Below are positions 1-8,444 of a stretch of DNA of 51,682 nt, one piece after another; within the stretch, counting starts at the first letter, position 1, and the number at the start of each line of letters is the position of its first letter. A model generated the notes under the pieces. It was not told where the DNA came from, did no database searches, and saw only the letters and a list, made by a program, of their open reading frames with translations. A program made the translations under genes and the position numbers. Source of the stretch: Thermodesulfobacteriota bacterium (GTDB taxonomy: Bacteria > Desulfobacterota > Desulfobulbia > Desulfobulbales > Desulfocapsaceae); contig JBDLID010000004.1 of the NCBI GenBank assembly GCA_039715055.1, positions 1 through 51,682 of the forward strand. The letters are read 5' to 3'.

Positions 1-353
1 CGCGCCATAAGACCTGACCAGGTCGCGATATCGGCCTTGGTATACCCGACGACGGTGGGTTTGCCGGTGGTCCCCGACGAGGCGTGGACCCTGACAACCT
101 CATCCATGGGCACGGTGAAGAGTCCGAAGGGGTAGTTTTCCCGCAGGTCCTCCTTGACGGTAAACGGCAGCTTGGCAAGGTCTGCAAGACTCTGGATGTC
201 CTCGGGCTTAACGCCTGCTGCATCCATCTTTTGCCGGTAGGGAGCTACCGTTTTATAAACCCTCTCAACCAGTCTTTTTAACCGAATCAGCTGAACGGAT
301 TCAAGTCCCTGCCTGGGCAGGGTTTCCATTTCCTCTTCCCAATAGAGTGTCAT
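1..353 (-). CDS. paaK: Phenylacetate-CoA ligase, N-terminal ~117 aa. The gene runs off the 5' edge of the window and its start codon is at 351-353.
   Basis: Reverse-strand translation from the ATG at 353 gives [54 protein letters not shown]...[19 protein letters not shown]. This closely parallels the PaaK N-terminus, including the AMP-binding SSGTTGKPT motif. It lies 18 bp downstream of iorB in the same orientation. Confidence 0.85.
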   Translation of the reverse strand, partial: MTLYWEEEMETLPRQGLESVQLIRLKRLVERVYKTVAPYRQKMDAAGVKPEDIQSLADLAKLPFTVKEDLRENYPFGLFTVPMDEVVRVHASSGTTGKPTVVGYTKADIATWSGLMA

Positions 354-371
354 ACCGTTGAACTCCTGTTA

Positions 372-953
372 TTATTGGCTGACTTTACGACCGGCCGCAA
401 AAGCTTTCAAGTTGACTTCACGGAACCGCTCAGGAACCCGGGTGTTGATAACCTCCTCATACACCGAGACATCAACAGACAGGAATGTGGAAAGCGCTCC
501 AACCATGACCACGTTGGCGGTCTTCACTTCACCAACTTCAGCTGCCAGATCAAAGGCGTCGACGGTGACCACATGAATCCCCTGGTCACTGATGACATCG
601 AGAACGTTTTCCGGATACTCTGTCTGACCGGTGGCAACAGCCGGAGGCAAAATCTTCTGACTATTGACGATCACCTTGGAATCCTTGTGAAGGTAGGGCA
701 GATAACGGGCCGCCTCCATCATTTCAAAGGCCACCTGGATATCGGCCGAACCGGGCTCGATAAGCGGTGAGTAGACCTTTTTGCCGTAACGCAGCTGGGC
801 AGTGACGGAACCTCCGCGCTGGGCCATGCCGTGGACCTCACTTTTCTTGGCGTCAAAGCCTGCGGCAAGAAGAGCATAGGCGGTCACCTCGCTGGCCAGG
901 AGAATCCCCTGGCCGCCCACTCCTGAAAAGAGAATATTTCCTGTATCGCTCAT
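372..953 (-). CDS. iorB: Indolepyruvate:ferredoxin oxidoreductase beta subunit (2-oxoacid:Fd oxidoreductase gamma-type domain).
   Basis: The 193-aa ORF opens with the MSDTGNILFSGVGGQGILLAS motif typical of IorB/POR-gamma. Its start codon overlaps the iorA stop at 953. Confidence 0.85.
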   Translation of the reverse strand: MSDTGNILFSGVGGQGILLASEVTAYALLAAGFDAKKSEVHGMAQRGGSVTAQLRYGKKVYSPLIEPGSADIQVAFEMMEAARYLPYLHKDSKVIVNSQKILPPAVATGQTEYPENVLDVISDQGIHVVTVDAFDLAAEVGEVKTANVVMVGALSTFLSVDVSVYEEVINTRVPERFREVNLKAFAAGRKVSQ

Positions 954-2764
954 TACTTCTCCTCCTCTCGGTCGATGGCCTCAAACTTACAGAGCTCCAC
1001 ACACTGGCCGCAACCGTTGCATTGTACCTCATTGATCAGGGCAATACCCTTCTGCTTCTCACGATATCCCTTGGCCTTGGCCTCTTCCGGAGTCATGGCC
1101 TGCCAGCTGATGGCAGGACATCCCAGCTTGACACAGGCCTTACAGCCGTTACAGTTTTCAAGAACGGTGGAGTAAGGATTGTGCGGCTGTTTTTTCATCT
1201 CCGGCAGGAGCACACATGGTGCCCTGCTGATGACCACGGAGAACTCGTCACGCTCCAGAGCCTCTCTGACCACCCTGCCGCATTCCTTCACCTCGTGGGG
1301 ATTAACCTCATCCACATGCTTCACGCCAACGGCTCGGCAGAGTTCTTCGAGGTTGATGGTATTGGCGGCCTCGCCCTTGATGTTGTAGCCGGATAACGGA
1401 TTGTTCTGCTGGCCGGTCATGGCGGTAATCCGGTTATCAAGGATGACCAGAAGTGATGAAGATTCGTTGTAGACCGAGTTGATCAGACCGGTGACTCCCG
1501 AATGAATAAAGGTGGAGTCGCCGATTACTGACACCAGCTTGGACTTGCCCTCTTCGCCTAACGCCTTGTCCATGCCGTGGGCGATGGTCACTGCCGCGCC
1601 CATGCAGACACAGGAGTCCATGGCGGAAAGCGGCGGCAGAAAGCCGAGAGTATAGCAGCCGATGTCGCCGGAGACGAACACGTCAAGTTTGGACAGGTTG
1701 TAAAACAGGCCGCGATGGGGGCAGCCGGCACACATATTGGGCGGCCTCATGGGCAGCTGGGCCGGCTCAAAAAGTGTCGGCATACTTGCCGGGTCTATGG
1801 ATCCCCTGACGATGGCGGTGTTGAGCTCACCCTGGTTGGTGATCAGCTCCTTGCCGCGGCAGTTGATTCCCATGGACTTGATGTGGTGCTCAAGAAAGGG
1901 ATCAAGCTCTTCAACCACAAACAGCTCATCAACCGAGTCGGCAAACTCTCTGATTTTTTTCTCGGGCAGCGGCCAGCACATGCCCAGTTTAAACACTGCA
2001 GCCTCGGGAAAGGCTTCCTTGACATAGAGGTAAGAGACCCCGGAGGTAATAAAACCGCGCTTGCGGTCGCCCTCCTCCACCCGGTTGATTCCGGTGGTCT
2101 CAGCAAATTCAATGAGTTTTGCCATCCGCTCCTCAACCACCTTCCGGCGGTTACGGGCATTGGCCGGCAGCATGACAAACTTGGCAGGTACCTTCTCAAT
2201 TCCTTTTGTCACCGAGGACTGTTCCATCTCACCCCTGTCAACCACCCCCTTGACGTGGGCGATGCGGGTGGTGATCCGGAAAAGAACAGGTGTGTCGAAC
2301 TCCTCGGACAGACGGAATCCTTCTTTCAGCATATCCTTGGCTTCGGCCGGATCGGACGGCTCGATCATGGGCAGCTTGGAGTGGTAGGCGTAGTTACGGT
2401 TATCCTGCTCATTTTGCGATGAATGCATCTCGGGATCATCGGCAGTAAGCACCACCAGTCCGCCGCGGACACCGGTGTATGATGCGGTAAACAGCGGGTC
2501 AGCGGCTACATTGACGCCGACATGCTTCATGGTGGCAAGCGCTCTTACTCCGGCAAAAGAGGCACCGATGGCAACCTCAAGCCCTACTTTTTCATTTGGC
2601 GCCCACTCGGTGTAAACCTCGCCATACGTGGAGAGATTCTCCATAATTTCCGTGGACGGTGTGCCGGGATAGCCGGAGGCCACCTTGACGCCGGCTTCTG
2701 AGGCGCCCATGGCAATGGCTTCATTGCCTGACATCCACAGGGATTGATCACTTAATTTAGACAC
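953..2764 (-). CDS. iorA: Indolepyruvate:ferredoxin oxidoreductase alpha subunit, with a TPP-binding region and two C-terminal 4Fe-4S ferredoxin motifs.
   Basis: The 603-aa ORF has a TPP/PFOR-like N-terminal region. Two CxxCxxCxxxCP motifs occur near the C-terminus (CNGCKACVKLGCP and CNGCGQCVELC). The iorA-iorB-paaK order is the canonical operon layout. Confidence 0.9.
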   Translation of the reverse strand: MSKLSDQSLWMSGNEAIAMGASEAGVKVASGYPGTPSTEIMENLSTYGEVYTEWAPNEKVGLEVAIGASFAGVRALATMKHVGVNVAADPLFTASYTGVRGGLVVLTADDPEMHSSQNEQDNRNYAYHSKLPMIEPSDPAEAKDMLKEGFRLSEEFDTPVLFRITTRIAHVKGVVDRGEMEQSSVTKGIEKVPAKFVMLPANARNRRKVVEERMAKLIEFAETTGINRVEEGDRKRGFITSGVSYLYVKEAFPEAAVFKLGMCWPLPEKKIREFADSVDELFVVEELDPFLEHHIKSMGINCRGKELITNQGELNTAIVRGSIDPASMPTLFEPAQLPMRPPNMCAGCPHRGLFYNLSKLDVFVSGDIGCYTLGFLPPLSAMDSCVCMGAAVTIAHGMDKALGEEGKSKLVSVIGDSTFIHSGVTGLINSVYNESSSLLVILDNRITAMTGQQNNPLSGYNIKGEAANTINLEELCRAVGVKHVDEVNPHEVKECGRVVREALERDEFSVVISRAPCVLLPEMKKQPHNPYSTVLENCNGCKACVKLGCPAISWQAMTPEEAKAKGYREKQKGIALINEVQCNGCGQCVELCKFEAIDREEEK

Positions 2765-2829
2765 GTTGGCTCCTGTTTAAACATTATTTATTTAACATGG
2801 AACATCTCTGCAGCCTGGTCAGAAAAACA

Positions 2830-2851
2830 TGATATTTTCTCAAAAATATCA
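2830..2851. promoter_or_regulatory. Palindrome TGATATTTT-N4-AAAATATCA about 65 bp upstream of the iorA start. Candidate operator for the iorAB-paaK operon.
   Basis: The 9-bp perfect inverted arms were read directly from the sequence. They sit in the divergent intergenic region between iorA and the M50 protease gene. Confidence 0.3.
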
Positions 2852-3083
2852 CCCATTCCGACCTGAACTGAACTATATAGTCTGGTAAAAATCTAAAAAG
2901 ATAAAAGTTACTCCGAAAAGAGCTGAACAGGCAAGTCTTTTTTCCTTTGATTTCAAGGAAAGAGACCTTTTTAATGAACCTAAACGAAAGGGGGAATGCT
3001 TACCGATGGCAAGTGGAAATGAATTCATTGAAATATTGGTCGGTTAATGGCAAACAGTCTGCTTCCGATTTTAATCAAATTAC

Positions 3084-3812
3084 TTGCTTCTATTGCGTGG
3101 TTGGACCATGGTGTTTAGAGTAAGATATCAAGTCAACCAACTCATCAACTCCCCCTGGAGACAATACGACATTATGGACATCAGTAAGTTTATTACAGAT
3201 CTGATCATCATTGCCCCCCCCCTGCTGCTCGCTCTCACCTTGCACGAGTTTGCCCACGGTTATGTTGCCTTCCGGCTTGGTGATCCAACCGCCAAGGCCA
3301 TGGGGCGCCTGACCTTAAACCCGCTTAAACACCTGGACCCGCTTGGGACCATCGCCTTTTTCTTTATCAAATTCGGCTGGGCCAAGCCGGTTCCGGTTAA
3401 TCCCAACTACTTTAAGGACCCCCAGAAAGGCATGCTCTGGGTCGCCCTGGCCGGGCCTGCGACCAATTTAGTGCTCGCTATCATCAGCGCCATCGGGGTC
3501 AAGCTGGTCTGGTTCATAGCAACAACCATCGGCTCCCCGACCCTCATCCAGACCGTCCTCCGCCCCCTTTACGACACCCTGGTTGCCAGTGTCTGGATCA
3601 ACCTGGTGCTCTGTATCTTCAATTTTCTGCCGATCCCTCCGCTGGACGGCAGCCGTATCCTGTCAGGACTGCTGCCGCCGGACATGGCAAGATCCTACAA
3701 CTCAATCGAACGCTACGGATTTATCATTATCCTGGTTCTTGCCTTCTCCGGTGTCCTCGGAAAACTCATTCTACCGGTGATCAGTTTCGCCACCAACATG
3801 CTGCTTGCCTGA
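3084..3812 (+). CDS. Site-2 protease family (peptidase M50) integral membrane zinc metalloprotease. The true start is probably the internal ATG near 3165 (MDISKF...).
   Basis: The HExxH motif (LHEFAHG) lies in a transmembrane context. A multi-pass hydrophobic profile and an LDG motif are typical of M50/S2P. Confidence 0.8.
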   Translation: MLLLRGWTMVFRVRYQVNQLINSPWRQYDIMDISKFITDLIIIAPPLLLALTLHEFAHGYVAFRLGDPTAKAMGRLTLNPLKHLDPLGTIAFFFIKFGWAKPVPVNPNYFKDPQKGMLWVALAGPATNLVLAIISAIGVKLVWFIATTIGSPTLIQTVLRPLYDTLVASVWINLVLCIFNFLPIPPLDGSRILSGLLPPDMARSYNSIERYGFIIILVLAFSGVLGKLILPVISFATNMLLA

Positions 3813-4174
3813 GGAACCGTCTGTTACACACATGAAAGAAATTCCCGCCAGTTCAGCCTTGCCGGGAGTTTCTTGTTGCAGACTAAAAAACAGGCGAGCA
3901 AAGTAGTCACCCGGGTTGTAATCAACACCAACTGCTGCTGCATCAGTACACTGTCTTTCCATGTCTGAAAGGTAATATCTCTCCGGCTGCAGGACGATCT
4001 AAAAAAATACCCTTTCCTCAATGGGATACACCTTTTATCATCGTCAATTAGATTTGCATTACTTATGATATTCATTGTAGTATAAATCCCGGGGCTCTGC
4101 CTCTTTGCTGTTCCCCTGGCCAGAATCGTGAGTAACGAGTTATTCCTGTTAAACAAATCAGCTAAAAGGTAAAA

Positions 4175-4720
4175 ATGGAAAACGGATCAAACAGAAGAAA
4201 TTTCCTGGCTTCAGCCGCTGCCGGTATCACCCTTCTTCCCCTGGTGAATTTTCTGTCAGGCTGCCGTCAGGAAAAAAAAGCCATACCGGAAAAGAAAATT
4301 TATGCTGACCCCAAGCTCGAACTGCTTGATCTTGCCCTCCAGCATGAGTTCGGGGCGGTCGTTCAGTACAGTAATCATGCAGGTGTCATTGCCGCACTCA
4401 ACCATGACAAGACCGGATATCTGCGGGATCAGGTCCAGACGATCATCGCTGATGAAGTGGAACATGCCATTGAGATTTCCGAGATACTGAAGAAAAACAA
4501 TCTCCAGCCATCGGTTACCGTATGGCCTGCCCAACTTGGAGAAACTCCAAAGGAGATGTTAGAAAAAGATATCAAGGCGGAAGAAGGTGCCATGAAGCTG
4601 TATGAACAGATACTTGCCTTGCCGCTGAACGATATGGAAAAACGGATTATTGAACAAATCGCCCTGTCCGAGGAGATGCATTTTACCACTTTTACCAGTC
4701 TATTTGGTGACTTTTCCTGA
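4175..4720 (+). CDS. Ferritin-like domain protein with a Tat-type signal peptide and a lipobox; predicted exported lipoprotein.
   Basis: The N-terminus reads MENGSNRRNFLASAAAGITLLPLVNFLSGC, giving an RRxFL twin-arginine motif and an LSGC lipobox. Ferritin-like helices follow, with E...EVEH and EE...E pairs. Confidence 0.65.
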   Translation: MENGSNRRNFLASAAAGITLLPLVNFLSGCRQEKKAIPEKKIYADPKLELLDLALQHEFGAVVQYSNHAGVIAALNHDKTGYLRDQVQTIIADEVEHAIEISEILKKNNLQPSVTVWPAQLGETPKEMLEKDIKAEEGAMKLYEQILALPLNDMEKRIIEQIALSEEMHFTTFTSLFGDFS

Positions 4721-4724
4721 TCTC

Positions 4725-6896
4725 ATGCCCATCCCCCGTCACAAATCACTTCGCTTCCAATTCGCATCCTGGACATTTTTCATCATGTGCCTGCTGGGAA
4801 TGACGATAACTGCCATTACCAGTTACCGATCCTACACCATTTTTTTTAATGATTATCAATCAATGCTGACCGAACGTATGCAACACGTTTCCAAGTCCCT
4901 GGACAGCATGATCAGCGACACTGACTACCTGGGGATGACCAGGCAGGTTAACTCAATCCTGTTGACCGAAGGCGTGGTGGGTGTCAGGGTGGTGGACCGG
5001 AACAATGAACCCATTATCCATAAAGGTGTCCTGGCCAACTTTATCCTTGAAGAATCAATTACCAGAACCAAAGAGCGAATCGGCCTCATCCAGGTCGCAT
5101 TTTCCGATACCCCGGTCAAAGAAAAAGTCATATCTCTCATTCGGGAAGATATCCTGCTTGGAATTTTCCTCACACCACTTATCGCCTACCTGATGTGGCT
5201 TTTTTGCGGCTGGAAATTTAAAGATATCATAAGGCTCTCCAATGATGTGCATAGAATCGGTGATATTGCCCAGGAAGAAGTTGACCTGCCCGGCACCCGG
5301 CGGCATGATGAGATAGGCCATCTTGCCCGTACTCTCACCGAGAGAAGCAACCTCATCAAAGAAGGAAAAAGACAGGAACAGCTGTTGTACCAGGCAATTG
5401 ATCAATCCCATGACTCGATATTAATCACCAACGAACAGGGGGACATCGAGTATGTCAATCCCGCCTTTTCAAGAATCACCGGTTATTCAAGAAAAGAGAG
5501 TGTGGGAAAAAATCCACGGATGCTGAAGAGTGAAAAACACCCTTCAAAATTCTATGAACTCCTGTGGAACACCCTTATTTCCGGAAAAACCTGGCATGGC
5601 CGCCTGGTCAACAGGCGGAAAAATAATGAGCTCTACCATGAACAGGCAACCATCACACCGGTTATTGGCCCTGCTGGTGATATACATCATTATGTCGCTG
5701 TAAAACGTGACATCACCCAGGAACTCCTTCTGGAGGAACAGCTCAACCAGGCACAGAAAATGGAGGCTGTCGGCTTGATGGCCGGGGGAGTCGCCCATGA
5801 TCTTAACAATATTCTTTCAGGGGTTGTCGGCTACCCGGAACTGCTTCTAATGCAACTTCCGGAAAACAGCAGTCTGCGGCAACCGATAGAAGAGATCCAG
5901 AATTCAGGGAAAAGAGCTGCAGAAATAGTTGATGACCTGCTCACCATTGCCAGAGGAATTGCTGCAAAGCGGGAAACTAAAAACCTCAATGAACTGGTCA
6001 TCGATTACCTGGAGTCGCCTGAGTTAAAGAAACTACAGTCACTCCACCCTGAGACAGCCTGTTCGACAAAGCTCGATAAGACATTATGGAACTTTTCCTG
6101 TTCGGCCATTCATATCAGAAAGTGCATTATGAATCTTGTCACCAACGCTATCGAGGCGATCTCCAGTCATGGAGAAGTCGTTATTTCCACAGAGAATCTG
6201 ACAATTGACAAACCGGACTCAGCAGACAGTCACTTCCTTGGCAAAGGAGACTATGTTGTCCTCACGGTGGCGGATACGGGAAAAGGCATCCCTGAAAAAC
6301 ATCTCAGCCGTATTTTTGAACCGTTCTACAGTAAAAAGGCCATAGGCAGAAGCGGGACAGGACTGGGTCTTGCGGTTGTCTGGAATACGGTTGCAGACCA
6401 CGATGGGAAAATCAATGTTGAAAGTGATGACTCCGGAACGAGTTTCACACTCTTTTTTCCAGCCACTCCGGAAATAGCTTCTTTAACAAAAAAAGAGGAG
6501 CATGCAGCCGCCCACGATTTCCAGGGAAAAGGCGAGCAGATTCTCGTTGTTGATGACGAGCCGCAACTATTGGACATAGCTAAAAACATGCTGGAAACAA
6601 TGGGCTACGCAGTTCACACTGTTTCCAGTGGCGAGGAAGCACTTGACTACCATTCGCAGCACCCTGTTGAGCTGATCCTTCTCGATATGCTGATGGAACC
6701 CGGGATAAACGGCACCCAGACCTACAGGGAAATCATCAAGACCTACCCCCGGCAAAAGGCTCTCATTGTCACTGGTTTTTCAAAAAGCCAGGAGGTAGAG
6801 GAGGCAATAGAACTTGGGGCTGGAGGGATCATTAAAAAGCCGTATGTTCTAAAAGAACTCGTCTCTGCGGTTCATGACCAGTTGAACTCGCAGTGA
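4725..6896 (+). CDS. Hybrid sensor histidine kinase: transmembrane, PAS, HisKA, HATPase_c and a C-terminal receiver domain.
   Basis: The H-box is AHDLNNILSGVVGY. ATPase G-boxes are GTGLGLAVV. The C-terminal REC has the D-box ILVVDDE...LLDMLMEP. The start was moved to the ATG at 4725 (MPIPRHK...) because the longer ORF from 4650 overlaps the preceding gene. Confidence 0.85.
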   Translation: MPIPRHKSLRFQFASWTFFIMCLLGMTITAITSYRSYTIFFNDYQSMLTERMQHVSKSLDSMISDTDYLGMTRQVNSILLTEGVVGVRVVDRNNEPIIHKGVLANFILEESITRTKERIGLIQVAFSDTPVKEKVISLIREDILLGIFLTPLIAYLMWLFCGWKFKDIIRLSNDVHRIGDIAQEEVDLPGTRRHDEIGHLARTLTERSNLIKEGKRQEQLLYQAIDQSHDSILITNEQGDIEYVNPAFSRITGYSRKESVGKNPRMLKSEKHPSKFYELLWNTLISGKTWHGRLVNRRKNNELYHEQATITPVIGPAGDIHHYVAVKRDITQELLLEEQLNQAQKMEAVGLMAGGVAHDLNNILSGVVGYPELLLMQLPENSSLRQPIEEIQNSGKRAAEIVDDLLTIARGIAAKRETKNLNELVIDYLESPELKKLQSLHPETACSTKLDKTLWNFSCSAIHIRKCIMNLVTNAIEAISSHGEVVISTENLTIDKPDSADSHFLGKGDYVVLTVADTGKGIPEKHLSRIFEPFYSKKAIGRSGTGLGLAVVWNTVADHDGKINVESDDSGTSFTLFFPATPEIASLTKKEEHAAAHDFQGKGEQILVVDDEPQLLDIAKNMLETMGYAVHTVSSGEEALDYHSQHPVELILLDMLMEPGINGTQTYREIIKTYPRQKALIVTGFSKSQEVEEAIELGAGGIIKKPYVLKELVSAVHDQLNSQ

Positions 6897-7045
6897 TGAA
6901 AGGATAGACGTTTCCGCTCTTTACCGCACCCATTGTCCCTTCGCAATGGATTGAATCCGCGAACTTATTCAGTGTAAAGCCGGGTGTGTCCCTACGCAGG
7001 GAACAGTAACCCTTTGCCCTGTTTGTAAATACCAGCCACAAAAAA

Positions 7046-7081
7046 ATCCCCCGGAAGATTCAATCTCCCGGGGGATTTTCC
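7046..7081. terminator. Bidirectional rho-independent terminator hairpin (AATCCCCCGG...CCGGGGGATT) flanked by A/T runs. It lies between the convergent kinase and FadL-like genes.
   Basis: A 10-bp GC-rich inverted repeat with a ~13-nt loop. An A-run precedes it and a T-run follows it on the + strand. Confidence 0.6.
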
Positions 7082-7122
7082 ATTACAAGCCCCAACAAAG
7101 CAGGGCTGCTTTCAGTCAGTCT

Positions 7123-8358
7123 CTAGAATTTATAGGTCACACCGACTGTCACCAGGTCAGCGACGGCATCGGTGAAGGTGCCGTTAACGTAGGTGTTGCT
7201 AACCTCGCGCTCTTCCTTGTAGTCATAAAGATATCCAACGCTGATTTCCATGGCCTCGTTGACCTTGTAGCGGGCACCGAGGGAGTAGAGCCAGGCGTCA
7301 GAGTCGGGCAGTTCGAAGTTGAGGGTCTCATCGGGTACCGGAGACTCGTCGTAGGCAAACCCTGCCATAAAGGTCAACGCTTCGGTCATTGCCCAGCTCA
7401 CGCTGATCCGGTAGGCGGAGGAGTCATCCCAGTTCTTGGGAATTTCGCTGCCATACACCTGAGCAAACACGGGGTTGGTGAAAGCACTGTCATAACTGAT
7501 GTCAATTGATTCATATTCGGACCAGAAGGTACGATCCCAGGCCATCTCAACGGTTAGATCATTAAAGGTGTAGGCACCGGCAACAGTGAGGACAGCCGGG
7601 GCCGGGATCGTAACGGAGCCGGTTGTGGTCATACCGTTGGGGACAGGAAAATTGGTTCCCATGATGACATCACCTTCCAGATCAAGGTCCACATGGGAGC
7701 GATAGGTGACGGCCAGTTTCAGGTCATCCACAGGGGTAAGGGTGGCGGCGATATTCCAGCCGAACTCAGTGGTATCACCGTCAAGCCAGCGCTCCGCAGC
7801 AATATTTCTTTCCCGGTCAACAATGCCCTTGCTTGACACCTTGGCCTCGGAATAGATCATCCGCGCGCCGACGGCAATGGAGAACATATCGCAGGTCTTG
7901 TAGGAGAGCGTGGGGTTGATATCAAAAACCTTGAGTGAATACTCTTCGGCAAATGTTGTCGCGTACTGGTCTTTCCAGCGTTTGGAAAGCCCGAACGGGC
8001 CGGTGATGGAGAAACCGATGCGGAAATTATTGTAGTCCGGGGAGACCATGAAGAGGGTGGGAAGAAGAAAATTCTCCGCCTCGGACTCACCGCTCAGCAT
8101 GGGCGATCGATTATCGTCATAGGTAACCGAAGGCAGATAAATGTAAATTCCGTCCACCTCCACCTGCCAGGCATCGTCGGCGAGGTGCATGGCGGAAGGG
8201 TTATAATAACTCGAATCGGCACCATTGGCCGAGGCAACGTGAGCACCTGCCTTGGCAGTCGAGTCAGCGGACTGCTCGGGGATGCGGTAGGCGGATCCCC
8301 AGGCGGAGCCGGCGGCCAGAACCGACACCAGGGCCATCACAGAAATTCTCTTCTTCAT
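7123..8358 (-). CDS. FadL/TodX/OmpP1-family outer-membrane transporter for long-chain fatty acids or hydrophobic compounds.
   Basis: A signal peptide (MKKRISVMALVSVLAAGSAWG) is followed by a beta-barrel-like profile. The C-terminal aromatic residue (…VTYKF) is typical of OMPs. It lies downstream of an acyl-CoA synthetase in the same orientation. Confidence 0.8.
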   Translation of the reverse strand: MKKRISVMALVSVLAAGSAWGSAYRIPEQSADSTAKAGAHVASANGADSSYYNPSAMHLADDAWQVEVDGIYIYLPSVTYDDNRSPMLSGESEAENFLLPTLFMVSPDYNNFRIGFSITGPFGLSKRWKDQYATTFAEEYSLKVFDINPTLSYKTCDMFSIAVGARMIYSEAKVSSKGIVDRERNIAAERWLDGDTTEFGWNIAATLTPVDDLKLAVTYRSHVDLDLEGDVIMGTNFPVPNGMTTTGSVTIPAPAVLTVAGAYTFNDLTVEMAWDRTFWSEYESIDISYDSAFTNPVFAQVYGSEIPKNWDDSSAYRISVSWAMTEALTFMAGFAYDESPVPDETLNFELPDSDAWLYSLGARYKVNEAMEISVGYLYDYKEEREVSNTYVNGTFTDAVADLVTVGVTYKF

Positions 8359-8444
8359 TATTCTCCTCCAATCTGTTTAACGGCTCCTGAGTGATCGGAA
8401 CCCGTCGAGTTTTGCCCTTTCCACCGGTGTTACCGGACACCGGT

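Noticed and set aside
84-281. 65-aa + strand ORF.
   Set aside because: It lies antisense inside the well-supported paaK coding region and has no homology. It is a shadow ORF.
975-2422. Several + strand ORFs (66-281 aa) within 975..2422.
   Set aside because: All are antisense to iorA, which has strong homology on the - strand. They are GC-rich shadow frames.
3824-4156. 110-aa - strand ORF in the M50/ferritin-like intergenic region.
   Set aside because: It has no RBS or homology and a low-complexity sequence. The region is better explained as the promoter for the + strand ferritin-like gene.
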